A DNA stretch of 64,000 bases from Vicugna vicugna (GCA_013265495.1 MU058221.1:3722001-3786000); one strand, 5' to 3'; counted from the stretch's first letter, positions 50,102 through 64,000 are shown. The notes: generated by a model from the sequence alone, not told the origin. Translations and numbers: made by a program.

Positions 50102-52969
50102 AGCTGGCTCATCAAATGTTCCCTCTCACTTTTTCTTTCAAATCACTAACAATGAATGTTGTCAATCATTAGGGAGAAATGGTTAAAGGGAAAGTATTTA
50201 CAAGCAACATAGATATTTGTACACGACACTGCGGTCTTGTGGATCAGCCAGGGAAATTCCTTAACTGTGAGACCGAGAGCTGGCTTCTGTGTGCAAGAGA
50301 CTTCTTCATTAGAAGAGACAAGGAGATGGGACATACTTTGAAACAACCAGCCATGGAGTAAGAAGAATCAGGGACTGAGCTAGATTGTGATTTTTTTTAC
50401 ATGATGGCTTTACAACGCACCACCACCATTCTTCCCAGTAGTAGAATAACTTAAATTTAGTTTGATAAAAGTGGTATTTATGACAAATATGTTAAACAGT
50501 TATTAACAAGTGCTCTGTAGCTGTGCATGAGGATTCAAAGTAAGATATATATATATATTCTTAACACAGTATGGCTTCTTATTTATATTCTTAACATTAT
50601 TGGGTTTCTTAGTAAATAAACTATCACTTTTAATAAAATCTAGAATTTAACAATTTTGTAATTTAAACATTAAACATGCCCTCTTCTCTCTTATAACTGA
50701 TCATTTCTTTTCATGTTTGCACATAGAATACATAAAAAGAATTTGCCTGTAATGCCATAAATATATTTTATTTAATTTTCTCCCTCACTCCTCTCTTAAA
50801 TTTTTAACAACTCAAGATGAGTTTAAAGGGGAGCTCCTTTTAAGGTATATTTTGTTAATTTGATTAGCTAGTATCACATTGATTTGACTCTCTCTTCCTT
50901 GGATTTTTCTCGGTTGGTAGGACCTATGAAAGAAAGTTTCATCTCAGCTACCTGAAGAAGAAACTCAGAGAGCTGGGTGAAAACTAGAAAGAGTGTGCGC
51001 CTGCAGCTGGAGCTAACACATGTGCTGCAAGTTTATTTTTCCTTTGTGCCTCTAGGAAATGTAGCCATTCTTTGGAGGTAGAGCATTTCAGATACTAAGT
51101 TATTTTCCTCCAGCAATAGACATATTACAGCTTTCTCTTTTGCATCCAATGATACCGTTGTAAAGTGTCGTATTAATTAGTTTCTGTCCTTTGATTGTTT
51201 CCTGATTTTTCTTTACACAAGCTTTCAAAATTTTCCCTTGGTCTTTAATGTTGTTAAATGTTAATATAATATACATTTGCCTTTTTCTCATTGATATTAT
51301 TACTTGATACCCTCTGAGCCCTTTTAATGTGAAGCCTGAATGATTAGTCTTTAGCTTTGCTCTGTTTTTGAGTTATTGTATTTATGGAAGTACCACCATA
51401 TCTTTGTGGACCCTTTTGCTGCTTTTAATCTCACTCAGATGTTCTGTACAGAAGAAATGGGGAAAGGAAAAGTCTATTGCTCCTACTGTGGTGTATTGTG
51501 AAGAAAAGTAGGGGAAGGAATAGCAAGAAAGCCAGATACCAGTGCTCCTTGTTTAGCCTTCTCTCACGGTCAACCCCGGAATTGGGGAATCTTCAAAATT
51601 ATCAAAACCGTACATTTAATATTTGTGGGTCCGATTCCCTGAGATGAGGAAGGCATGAGGGACAGAAGACTCCGCGCATATAAATATCCACCCTGATGCT
51701 CTGGAAAACATTAGAGTACGAGATCGCTTGTGGGTGCTGCGGGAGGAAACTGGAAAGATAGAATACTTGAAATGTACCTGGAACTCACAGCCTACAGATT
51801 TGTGTGGAAGAAACCAGAAACTCCTGCCTGTCCTAGAGCAGTGTGACAGCGGTAAACAGCGACCCAGTTCCGTGACAAAACCTGCTTTAAAGGGAGACAA
51901 AAGCAAAAACCAAAACCCCCGAAACTGTGTAGTTAATATGTGTCTGAGAGAAAAAGTCCTGCAACTACAAATTCCAATGATTTATACTCTGTAGCCTCTA
52001 GATCATTATTAGGTTTCCATGGTTATCCTTTAAAGACAAGACAAACAGCTACACTGAATGTCAGATCTGAGAAGCATAGGAAGTCATGTGTCAGAGCACC
52101 TGTGAGTTACAGCTCAGTATATGAATGATTTAAGTAATAAAAAGATACAGAGAACGAAATAATATTCAGCAAAAAGTGTGCATGCGATAATTATTCGAAG
52201 TTCAAATTAATTCCCCTTTTTAAGTTTAAGATAGATTGACATGTTATTTAAATCTAAAGTTGGGGAAATTTTTAAGAGCAACTCAAGTTTTAGGACTTCA
52301 GATTTTGTGCAGAAGTTAGCGTCTTATTATAACTGACTTTTAAGGCAGATGCATCGCAGTTAAATCTTTATCTGTGCATTTAAGTTACAAAAGTAGTTTT
52401 GCCATAAAACCAAATGAGTTGATTAAATTCACTAAAAATTTCTTACGGAAATGCTTCCTGAGCATTATTGTCAAAAACATATTCAGCAAAAAACAAAGCC
52501 ACTTGGGCATATCTAAACCTTAAGAGGTGTTTCTGGTAGCTATTATGACTGAATTGAAGAATATATTAACAGGTAAATATAGATTGCTGCTTCTAGGCAT
52601 TCTTTCCTAGTTCTAAAATTGGACTTGGCAAATTCTGCGTCCTTTTTCAGTATATATATTCTGAGATACATTTTAATAATATAAGGAATTAGTATTGAGC
52701 CACATTCTTTGCAGGCTGGTTGGAGAATGGGCAGGCAGATGAATGCTGTTTAATCCAAGCATGTCAGCATCCGTTCCTCTCGTAGACCCAGAGCAGGCCT
52801 TCTGCATACTTATTGTGTTTTAAGTGTCTCAAGCTAGGACAGCCTTGGACCAAGACATTTTAGATGATTAGCAGTGTGGAACGGTCAGAGAAACCCCTTA
52901 GAAGTACGATTCCCACACAACGGAGTTGCTGTCCTTATTCCTTTTAGAAAATAACAGTGGTTAAAAAAA

Positions 52970-53090
52970 TTTTTTTTAGGGGGAAAGGTAATTAGATTTA
53001 TTCATTTATTTAACGGAGGTACTGGGGATTGAACCCAGGCCCTCATGCACGCTAAGCATACACTCTACCACTGAGCTCTACCCTTCCTCC
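52970..53090 (-). mobile_element. tRNA-derived SINE (camelid Vic-1-like)
   Basis: ggaggtactggggattgaacccagg...ctctaccactgagct, same family as 43307-43428. Confidence 0.88.
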
Positions 53091-54086
53091 AATACTGCTT
53101 TTAAAACAAATATTCCAGATAAAAAGTTACTAAATATATGTTTTTCATGCCATTGACTTGCAAAATGTTACTGTATCCAATAATTTTCCAGTAATAGAAA
53201 TTTTTTTTTGAGGAGAAGCATCATTTAGGGAAAAAAGTTGTTTTCTAAAGTTGAAGAAAAATAGGATTGTGAGAAAATAACTGTAAAATGTGAACTGTAA
53301 AATTTCTCTGAGTAGAAAAACTCTTGGTAGGGGTATCTGCTGACATAGAGGCAGGTTGTAAAAATCTCGATGGAGGAGTAGGTGTCTGTCTCATTGCAGA
53401 GAAGACAAGTCAGATTCAGCGGATGACTTAGTGGGTACGGTAACCTGTAAAATTTAGGTTTGAACACATTCAGGAAACAGACCGAAGTCATCAGAGGTTA
53501 CAACATCAGATATCAGATCACATTTTATTCGCAGGGCAGGACGATATCTCACCCATCTTTGAAACGGTAGTTCTGCACCGCAAGTCTTCTGTGTTGACTC
53601 AGAGGCAAAATTTTCTTAGCCAAGAGAACAGCTTCACCATTGCTCAGACTAAAATCCCCTCACCACTCACAGAAAGTCATCCCGTCTCATCCTGTGTTTA
53701 GAGACTATCCAACAATATAGTTGCAAATACAAATTCATGAGCATGAAATTTTTTGTTAAGAATTAAGTCCAAAGAATTAAGTCCAAATCCCTACATTACA
53801 GTCTTACATCTCTTCAATCTATTGCACACCGAGTGCAAATGCAGAACAGCACAGTTCTGTCTATACACTTCCCCCGCCTTTTTGCCCAGATTTCTTCCTC
53901 AAAGTAAATAATGGTAGTTCATTTCACTTCCATTGAATTGAGAATGTATTTACTCCACCTCTTTAGCCAATACTGTAGATCCCTCATTAATGTTTTCCCA
54001 CATCTGTATTTAGTTACAGGGAACAGGCAAATGCACAGAAGCAGGATGCCATCATTTTAAGTCTTTCTGTCAAAAACAAATGCAAA

Positions 54087-54325
54087 GATTTGCAGATGCT
54101 GACTGCTATGTATAAAATAGATAAACAACAAGATCCTACTGTACAGCACAGGGAACTAGACTCAGTATCTTGTAGTAACCTATGGTGGAAAAGAATAGGA
54201 AACCAAAGCTATGTATGTTCACGTATGACTGAAGCACTGTGCTGTACACCAGAAACTGACACGACATTGTAAACTGACTATACATCAATGAAAAAATACA
54301 TGTATATATTCAGAAAAAAAAAAAC
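54087..54325 (+). mobile_element. L1 3' end
   Basis: tataaaatagataaacaacaag...gtacagcacagggaac...gtaaactgactatac followed by an A tail. Confidence 0.85.
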
Positions 54326-55071
54326 AAACAAATACAAGAAAAGCCTTTCAAATCAGCCTGGTGAGTTTCCATATCTTTTGGAAACATGATCCTTTAGTAG
54401 AAACCAAATATTATCAGATTTACTACACAAAATTAAATTCAGCATCCGATTTTGTTCATCTCGAAGAAAATCTACTGTCAAAGAAAATTATGGATTAAAT
54501 GCCAACAAACCAAGCTTTCTCTTTTTTTTTTTAATTTCAGTTATGATAGTTTTCCAAAAACAGTGCTACTTAACTAGCAGTCAGAGTGCTATTAATGAGA
54601 TAGAGAAATAATTTTTATGCTGGGAAAGCACACTTTCAGAGGATATACAGTATTTACTGTAAACCCTCTGAAAGATTGAAAAAATCAAACACAACCATTC
54701 ATGCCATGTGTTTCTTTTGGATTTAAACATGAAGATTAATGTTAATGTCATTTAAGATGAAGTCAAATCATCAGAAGATATTCTGAAGGATTTCAAAACA
54801 GTAAAGTAGAGGCTTAGACCAACGTCAGGAGAAGAGCGGGAGTGATGGTCAGTGGAGGTACAGGAAAGGGTGAATTACAAGAGCTTGCCTGCGAACTGCT
54901 GAGATTCTCAAGAGCTCCTGAGAAGACACAACTGCCTCTTGATTCTGTAGCTTCTCCACAGCTGGCCCATGATGCCACTGCGAAGCATCAGCTGCAAATT
55001 TCCATCAGCTCTCTTGGGCTGCTCAGCCCTGTGCCTAGAAGCTGCTTTGAACCGCATGTCTTCCCCTTAAT

Positions 55072-55250
55072 TTTTTTTTTCACAAGGCACTATGCTATTT
55101 ATTTTATTATTTTTTAATTGTAATATAGTCAGTTTACAATGTTGTGTATGCTGTTTATTTTTTGTTTTGTTTTCTTTCTTTGAAGTTGAAGCATAGCTGA
55201 TTTACAATAATGTGTTAGCGTCAGGTGTACAGTGAAGTGGTTCAGTTGTA

Positions 55251-55290
<40 letters not shown>

Positions 55291-56077
55291 AAACTATTAT
55301 TTTTCAGATTTTTCCCATTATAAGTTATTACAACATATTGAATATAGTTCCCTGTGCTCTATGGCAAGTCCTTGTTACTTATCCACTCTAAGTATAATAG
55401 TGTTTATCTGCTAATCCCAAATTCCAAGTTTATCAGAGGCCCCCCTTTCCCCTTTGGTAACCATAACTTTGTTTTCTGTGTCTGTGAGACTGTTTCTGTT
55501 TTGTAAATAAGTTCATTTGTACCATTTTTTTAGAGTCCATGTGTAAGTGGTATTATATGAGATTTGTATTTGTCTGACTTCTGTACTTAGTATGATTATC
55601 TCTAGGTCCATCCATGTTTCTGCAAATAGCATTATTTTATTCTTTTTTATGGCTGAGTAGTATTCCATTGTGTATATACCACATCTTCCTTATCCAGTCA
55701 TCTGTTGATGGACATTTAGGTTGCTTCCACATCTTGGCTATTGTAAACAGTGCTGCTACAAACATTGGGGTGCATGTATCTTTCAGAATTAGAGTTTTCT
55801 CTGGCTGTATGCCCAGGAGTGGGATTGCTGGATCATATGGTAGGTGTATTTTTAGTTTTTTAAGGAAACTCCACACTGTTCTCCGTAGTGGCTGAAGCAG
55901 TTCACATTTCCAACAGCAGTGTAAACGGGTTCCTTTTTCTCCACACCCTCTTAAGCATTTATTATTTGCAGACTTCTTAATGGCCATTCTGACTGGTGTG
56001 AGGTGACACCTCACTGTAGTCTGATTAGCATTTCTCTAATAATTAGCATCATTGAGCATCTTTTCATGTGCCCGTTC
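55072..56077 (-). mobile_element. L1 3' portion (ORF2 C-terminus and 3' UTR)
   Basis: ORF 55637-56014 HLTPVRMA...LPYDPAIPLLGI...WKQPKCPS; TSD tccccttaat at 55062-55071 and 56078-56087. Confidence 0.93.
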
Positions 56078-58149
56078 TCCCCTTAATCTCTTGTACTTGC
56101 CTCTGAAGAGCTGTGCCTTCTCTTCCCTCTCTGCCCTCATGAACATTTCTCACTGACACATCCTGATCTGCAACCACACTGGCATAGGGAAACTGAACCT
56201 AAATTCTGCGTCTCCTCTTCCATGCTTTTTCCACTACAACCATGAGAACAGATTTCCAGGGAGCTCCTGGAGACAAAATTGAGAAGGCATTGTCAGTCCT
56301 ATCCATGTGTTTTTCATGCTGGGCACCAGAGCAGCAGGGTCCTGAATGTACGCAAATACCTTTCAGGTCAAATTCCAGTACCTCAAAATTTCTCAAGATT
56401 GATTCCCAAGTTGTTGAAGAGCAAAGTAACGTTTTAGAATGATATGCATTTTCTTATTTGCTGTTGTTATTTTCCGTTCCTTTCCCCCGTCGCCCCTCAA
56501 TTTGGAGTATGTTAGTCTTGAATGTGCTTTGATGGGGAGATCTGACGGACCACTGTCCAAGGTGGTCTGCCTCTCCCATGGGAACCTGCAGTGCCCTGGG
56601 GATGGGAAGACTTGACTAGATTCCAATGTGATAGGTCTGTTTTATTTTATATAGTAAGTGATGGAGAAAACAAGAAAAATGGCCCAAAGACCATAAGAAT
56701 CAGTCACCTGTGTTTCCGTAGATTGTCTAAAACTACTTCAAAAGCTATGAAAAAGTTCGGTGAAATAGAAATGCAAGGAACCCAAGTGAGAAACTGTCTA
56801 GCTCTTAAATCTTTTAGAGATGTTCTCTCACATAAAAGTCACATAAAGTGTTCTGAGTCAGATATTGCTTCAGGTTTGAATTCTCTGGAGACCGATTTAA
56901 AAAATGCCCACCTCTTCACAAAATTAGAACTGCCAAGCCAGCGCATCACTTACCTGGCACAGAACGCAATAAATAGGGGACATAATCGCGCAGGGAGGTT
57001 GCTGATGGCTGGGATCCTGGGCTCATAGCTGAATTCAGTCCAGGTTTGTAGTGGCTAAATATTATTAATATCAAAATTTCTGTGTGAGGATTCTGCGTTT
57101 CGTGAGTGGTTGGTTTCGGCTCTTCCCCGAGGAAGACGTAATCAAGGCACTGATCACCTCTGCATCTTCCTAAGGCAGAGCTCAAACATCTGGAGAAAAT
57201 ACTCTTTCTCTTCTGGGTTGATTGGTGTAATTCAGGGTCCAACAATTGCTGTTTGTCCAAAACCAGGACAAAGTAACCTCATGTAGGTGCTTTCAACACA
57301 GCATCACCAGCGGAAGAGTTTATGTGGGCAAGGGGACCCAGCTCTGCTTTGGGAGAGCAGATCTCTCTAGTACAAAACTCTTAAGTTAAGAAATTGAGAC
57401 TTGAAATTCTTCCACTGATGGCTGTTCACCCAGATTTGATTGTTGTCCACTTTCCCTTTTGCCTTTTGGAGCCTTCCAATTTAAGCACAAGAAACAAACA
57501 AACAAACAAAAAGAAACGTAATGGTCTCTTTTAGGCAGCAAATTCTCCCTAAATGCTGGACTACCGGGGGAGCAGCAAGAAGCTATCTTACCTGTAGTCA
57601 CTTGTCACTAAGCACATTTCAAACTTTCTGTAAGACCAAAGCTCATCTCAGTACTATTAAAATGGACAAAATAAAGAAAAAAATCTGTGAGATTATTTTA
57701 CACAATTTGAGAGCATGAAGCAAGCATCATATTTGTACTTTTGGAAGTGGCAATTTTCTATGCTCAGATACTGATGATTTTTTTATTAATATTTCATATG
57801 CAGAGTGAAATGAAGGGTCAATTAACAATGTACCTACCAACATGGCAAAGAAGTAAATCCTTCTCTACTCAGGTCATGCCATTAGATCAGAGAAACAGTA
57901 TGATTAAATGCCTGAAAGTTATCAGAAAGCCAAAATGCATCAGGTAAGTGCTTTCTCCTTTGTCTCTGAGAGAGGGACACTAGCCTCCGAGAAAGATTCT
58001 AGAAAGGGGTGCCCGGGAGTTTTGGAAAATAGACACAAAGGGAATTCCAGTGCATCTAAAGATCGTGTGTTGCTGTGCGTATGGGAAGTTATCTTTCATG
58101 ACAAACTGGTAAGAGAATATTCTGCCCTGTTAGATGAAAACCTTGACCT

Positions 58150-58574
58150 TTGTAAGTTGTGAAACTGGGTGTGGAAGTTAGACTCCGTTTTTTGATATTT
58201 GGCTGCTGACAGTTTTTGACACTCAGCCCTTCCTCTTCCCCTGGTGCTGCCCATCTGGACCAGCTGACACGGAGGCCCAGTGCTCCCTCCTTGGGCTCCA
58301 GAGGTAGGCTTGAACCCTGCCAGCCAGCCCCGGCCTGTGCATGGGAACTGTCGCCCAGCCCCTCTCCCTAATGGCAGTTCAAAGTCGGGCCAGTCTCCTT
58401 TCCTTGCCCCTCCACTAACTTCAGACTTGCTTCAGGGGCCTGCCTTGCTCTCCCCAGCGACCTCACATCTATCGGTAATAAAGCTCTTCACGCCTTCTTA
58501 ACATGTGCATTATCTTCAGTCTCAACATCCAAACCATATACTGAGTAAGGATCCATCTGCCTCTGCAGGTGACA
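58150..58574 (+). mobile_element. Old ERVL-type LTR (MER74/MER54-like)
   Basis: tttggctgctgacag...cccttcctcttcccc...aataaagctc...gtgaCA. Confidence 0.55.
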
Positions 58575-60998
58575 GTGAAGTAAACTGCCTGCTGTAACTT
58601 ACCTCTGGGAGATTTTTCTTCACACTGATTGGCAAGGTTTTAAAAAAGAAGGGCAATTAATTAACAAAGTGTAACAGTGGTGAGAAAAGCTAAAAGGTGG
58701 AAAAAATTCAAGGAACTTATGATACTTCATTGATTCCCAGATAAGAACTTTGTTTTCACACTTAAGAACTCTGAAATTGGAGTCTTATAATCAACTATAT
58801 TAAACAATTTATTTTAATTATTATACATTTGTCTATTATTTACATTATAAATAATATATTTATATACAGTATTAATATATCTATAAGTTATATATTTATA
58901 AATAATGTAAATCATTTATATTATTTTATATTATTATATATTTGATTATATTTGTCATTTTTTTCTTCCCTAGTGACGCACAAAGAGTGCATGTTAAAAT
59001 TTAGTAGCAATTTAGTTTTGATAAAGTAATCGTATGCCACTTGAATAGCTGTATTTCCAGCAGAGAAGGCCTCTATCTGAGCAGTCTGTATCTAAATCGG
59101 GAAGAAATAGCATGTGTCTGTGATTGCATCTTTTTGAGGCCACTGCTTGTCTAGACTCAGATGCCCAGAAGAACATGAATGTGGTGAAACTTGCCTTAGA
59201 AAAGTTGGAGTTCTGATATTAGCCATGAAGGGTACCAACCTGGAGCAAAATTGATGCAATAAAGATAAAACCTCTTCCAGATACTGTGAATCCAACACAA
59301 GGGCTAGGAAAGCTAATCTAGAGATGACATCAAAATGTGTAGTTAGGAGGTCCAGACAGAGCTTCCAAAGGATAAAACAATGGATGGATGGATGACAGAA
59401 TGGATCCCAGATTCAGATAATCAGGTGGAGACCGGGAGGACTCCTGGACCTCCATTTTATTTGATCTTTTCGCTTAGTTAGGTAAAATCTGAATGTCAAG
59501 ACCCCTAAGAAAGATTATATAACAAGCATAATAATGCCTAACATATAGAGTTTTGTGAGTATTAATATTTTGAATGTAAAATATTTAGCACAGGGTGACC
59601 CAAACTACTGATTAAATGTTATTACTATTATTATTATTAACAATCTAAAGGTTGGATAAGGGGTTATGTCACATTTTTGCAGACAGTGAATTCTGGATTT
59701 ATTTGAAGCCAATTAACTTGATGCAGGATGGTGATTAACAGTGAAACCCAACATTTGTGACTTGGGTTTTTAATTCAAGTCTGAGACACTGACTTAATTT
59801 TAAGCCCCGTGGCGTGGCTGGTTCTACATAGCTGATAATGGCAGTTGCTCAGATCAGAATTGTTTCATGACGGGAAATAGAATGGAATACACAGCAGTGA
59901 AGCATGAATGCTTTGTTGTACACTCACTGGGCAGGGCTCCTCTTGTTTGGGAGGATGAGCCAATCAAATGGAAAGTTAAAGATTTTGGTAACCAATGCTG
60001 TATTCTCTAATTCAGCTTCAGCAGCAACAAAGCTAATAGGTTGGAGCCTGATGACTTTTGTGCATATTTCTAAATGAGTAGTTCGGATCTGGACAGAGAA
60101 GGGATACACTTGACCCATAGAAACTCCAAGGCGTTTATTTTCTCCTGTGCCTAAATAGCTTCACAGCGATAGCTTTACAGCTTTTCAAATTCAACATGTG
60201 TGAAAACAGACTCCTCTGTCCCTCTGAAATTGTTCTCACTCTTGGGTGCCTGTCACCATCTACTGTGATATTTTTTGCTCTCTGTCTCTCCATTACCGTC
60301 ACTCAGAGCGAAACATGCATTGAATGTGCGACAGTAACTGTGATAATTCATGAAATGTATTCCTTCCTTTCTTTTCCATTAACACCTGATCCAGGTTCTA
60401 ATTATCTGACACTTAAGATTTTGCATTTTCATTCTAGCTGGTCTCTGTGCCCCTAGATTTTCACCTTTCTATTCAGTTCTATTCTCCACCAGCACTTACC
60501 TTTCTTAGACAAAGCTCTGATCATTCCCTTTTCTCACCAATGACCGTGCATCAAGATCCAAGCTGTGTGTCACATTTTTGAAAGTCTTTCATGGTCTGAC
60601 CCTCAGTGTTCCCGGTCTTATTTCCGCCTTCCTCCCAACCATTAAGCGACCATGTTATTCAACTTTTTGCACCTTGATTGTGCTACATTCTTTTCCCTAA
60701 ATTCCCTCGTTGACTTTGACTATTTGTATATTACTTCTCCTGTTACACTGTGAGCTCTCAAAAGCGGAGACCAAGACTACAGCAGAGAAGCTACTCAGCA
60801 AATGTCTGCTGAATTGAAATAGGTATTCAGGTACTTACGTAATGAACTTGACAGCTTTATCTAAAACCATACACAAGCTAAGCGATGTTATTTATTCCAG
60901 AGTCAGGAAAGGGTTTCCAACTATAACTGATGCTGTTTGAATTGTAGCTAAATTGAGTCTTGTGATGAGAAGGATCCAAGGCTGTATTAAGAATCAAT

Positions 60999-61275
60999 TG
61001 GAGGGATAAATTGGGAGTTTGGGATTTGCAGATACACACTATTATATATAAAATAGATAAACAATAAGGACTTACTGTGTAGCACAAGGAATTATATTCA
61101 ATTTCTTGTAGTGACCTATAATGAAAAAGAATATGAAAAGAAATATATATATATAGAAAAAGGAATATATATATAGGGAAACGAATATCTGTATATATGT
61201 AAAACTGAATCACTATGCTGTATACCAGAAATTAACACAACACTGTAAACTGACTACACTTCAATTAAAAAAAAT
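60999..61275 (+). mobile_element. L1 3' end
   Basis: gggataaattgggagtttgggatttgcagatac...gtaaactgactacacttcaattaaaaaaaa. Confidence 0.88.
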
Positions 61276-61479
61276 GGATAAGGGAAAATAAATAAACAAA
61301 TAGATTGCAACTAGCGATGAGGGTTTTTTTTTGTTTTGTTTTTTTTTAAAGAACCACTTGGAAAATGTGCCATCCCAGTTACTTGTATCAGCTGTGTGTA
61401 CAAAGTTGTGGGGAAGTGTTCTTGTATGTTTTCCACCCTTGGTGAAAAAAAAAACTGTCTTCCATATTTATTGTTCATT

Positions 61480-62890
61480 ATAGCATTTTATTCTTTCTTT
61501 CAACATATAGGTACTGAATGTTTATTCTCCGCCAGACGTGTTTTTTCTAGCCTTGGTGAATCAAGCAATTGGTGGAAATAGCTCAGGGTGAGCTTTTAAT
61601 CTAAAGGTAGCAGAGATGAATTACAAAGGATGAACAAATTATGAGAAACATAATTTCTGATAGTGATAAATACAATGAAGAGTTTCAAACAAGGTGATGT
61701 AACACAGTTATAGGCAGTTTGGGCATTAATTTGATTAGGTCAACAGGGGTCACCTGAGGAAATACTTTCAAGCTGAGCCTCAAAACACTGGAAGGACTCA
61801 AAATATGAAGATCTGGTGTCGGTGGCTCCAGGGGAAAGAAGAGTAGCTAGAAAGACCTGAAAACCAGGGCAAACTTCATGTTTGGATGATGTTAAGAAAG
61901 CTATTCATCAAGAGTGGATGGACCTTATAGAATATGAGGGATCACGGTAAAAGAGACTAATAGAGGAGGTTTCAAATTAGGCGAGGACTGGAAAGTCATG
62001 ATAACAAGTTTGGATTTTATTTTAAGTGTGAAAAATAGGGGATGGTTAAGGGACTATTGTAGGTGAGAAATAAAGTGGTCTGGGTTACACTGCCAAGAGC
62101 TTGTTTTAAAATCTGTGGATCCGTACAAGGTATATCGCCTTGTTGATGGATTGCTTGAGTTTGTGTGGTATGCGGTGTGTGGGTGCGAGTGTTGGCGGTG
62201 GTTCCTGAGCACTGGGTAACGGACATACAGGCGTAACTAAAGATAACTCTGGATTTTTGTCTTTAGTGGATAGATGATGGGAAGAGCAGCTTAGGAGACG
62301 AAAATCAAGAATTCTGGTATGCCTATCAGACATCCAACTGGAAATCCCATGGAGGGATTTAGAGATGCTGATCTGAAACTCTGGGGAGAAGGCTGAAGTT
62401 GTGGATTTGAAGTCATCTGTGTAGACATGCTGTTTAAAGCCAAGAAACACAATGAATTTACCTGAAGGATATGCATCGATAAGACAAAGGGGCACAGATC
62501 TAAGCTTAATGATACTTAAATACTTCGCTGTCACCTGGAAAAATAATTTCAGTGAAAGAGGCAGAGAATGAAAGCCACTGCATAGGGAGGAAACCCCTGC
62601 CAATATGGTGTCATGAAATCCAATAGAAAAGGTTATTTCTAGAAGAATGCATGGTTGTCAGTGTCAGGAAGGATGGGGAGAAGAAAATAACACCTGCATT
62701 TGAGAGAACTTAGATCACGGATACATTTTATCAGCATGATTCCATGAAATTAAGGAGATGGAATCCACCTGTGCTTTCCCAAGGCAATGGCAGAAAAAGG
62801 TGGAGGGAGGAACCATTACCAGCTCCTTTAAGACATTTTCCTGTGAAGTGGGGCGGAGAGTTATAGTAACACCTGGACGTGGACATGAGC
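61480..62890 (-). mobile_element. L2 fragments
   Basis: ttcaacatataggtactgaatgttta...tttggattttattttaagtgtg...gtggatttgaagtcatc are antisense L2-like motifs. Confidence 0.7.
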
Positions 62891-62899
62891 TCAAGGGAG

Positions 62900-63045
62900 G
62901 GGATTTTTGTGTTAATTGAAGGATAGTCAGTTACAGTGTGTCAGTTTCTGGTGTACAGCATAGTGTTTCAGTCATGCATACACATGCATGTATTCGTTTT
63001 CATATTCTTTTTCATTATAGGTTACTACAAGATATTGAATATAGT
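62900..63045 (-). mobile_element. Short L1 3' end inserted in L2
   Basis: tagtcagttacagtgtgtcagtttctggtgtacagca; TSD tcaagggag at 62891-62899 and 63046-63054. Confidence 0.8.
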
Positions 63046-64000
63046 TCAAGGGAGAAGAGTTTTGTGAATGTTTTTCTCTTATTTTTTTTAAATGAGATTC
63101 ACTGGATTACGTCTGTTCCTACTGGCATGATCTGAGAGAGAGGGGAAGTTAAGAGCAGACAGGGTGTGTTTGCAGGAATAAACCCTCTAAGAGGAGACTA
63201 GGACAAAGTAGCCTTTATATGAGCACAGAAAATTATTCCACTATAATATAAAAAGATAGAGATGTTGATTACAAATGAAATTAGGCTGGAGAGTTCATTT
63301 TAGGTTGAAGAGTTAGAACATATTTTTAAAAGCTTTTATTGTTTCAGGAACATTCATTTTCATACACAGCGGAAGAATGAATCATCCAAAGTAGAAAGGT
63401 TTTGTCTCATTCTTATATTTGTCCTCAAGCAGCAAAACTATTGATAGATCGTATTTTCTTTTTGTTAAAGTAAAAATATATTCTAGTATTAACCCTGTCA
63501 CTGATTCGCCATGTGATTCTTAGCTGTGAAATGGTGAGATTAGCAAAGAACTCGGAGGCATCTCCTTTGTCTCTCAAACTTTCTGTGTACTTTGTAGAAA
63601 ATGTCTTTAGCTAAAATCAAGTTTAGGAAGCTAAAAAGTTACTATCGCACCCATACAATCATATCCAAGTGAAACATTTAAAAATAATTCACAGCATTTG
63701 TTAAATATGAACAATGTTTATACTATTTACATAATAGTATATGATATTATACTATTTCAATATGTAATATTCAAAATAAAAGTGATTTGAGACCTTAGAC
63801 CTTGGATTCCCAAAGGAATCCAATTCAATCGTATGCCTTTTATAGGTAACAAATAATTGCTAAAATTACCAGTTCCAGCTTGGGTGCATTGATCAATTAA
63901 AATTGGCTTGCAGTTTCTTTGCTGGGTACCCGGAACCAAAGTTGAGACGGTTTTTTGGCGAGCTACTGCCTAAAAACGAAATCCAGCCTGTTGCCTGTGT

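Noticed and set aside
52970..53090. tRNA gene
   Set aside because: Has a SINE tail and a second diverged copy with TSDs at 43307; it is a tRNA-derived SINE.
56591..57028. 145-aa plus-strand ORF
   Set aside because: GTG start, no recognisable family, no supporting gene structure.
1..64000. Prokaryotic features (CRISPR arrays, operons, defence systems)
   Set aside because: The sequence is mammalian and repeat-rich; no regularly spaced direct repeats or dense ORFs.

Overview
AT-rich mammalian genomic DNA, most likely camelid (inferred from short tRNA-derived Vic-1-like SINEs and camelid-type L1 3' ends recalled from repeat libraries). It is dominated by L1, L2, MIR, MaLR and ERV solo LTRs, and no intact protein-coding gene is visible; nearly all ORF-track entries are chance or L1-derived. 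Two non-repeat structures stand out. (1) A candidate decayed multi-exon gene on the minus strand (about 20.9 kb down to about 1.1 kb). It has a CpG-rich promoter with an RFX X-box, a non-coding first exon, and eight exons whose splice phases join into one Lys/Arg/Cys-rich, partly coiled-coil-like frame carrying many stops and one frameshift. It may be an unannotated unitary pseudogene of a ciliary/testis gene I cannot name. (2) A chimeric retrocopy starting at the 5' end of the H/ACA snoRNA SNORA70 and continuing through the retained intron remainder and the spliced last two RPL10 exons. Several young L1 insertions record distinct mechanisms: twin-priming inversion, internal priming and 3' transduction. 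Repeat family names are from memory and boundaries without TSDs are approximate.
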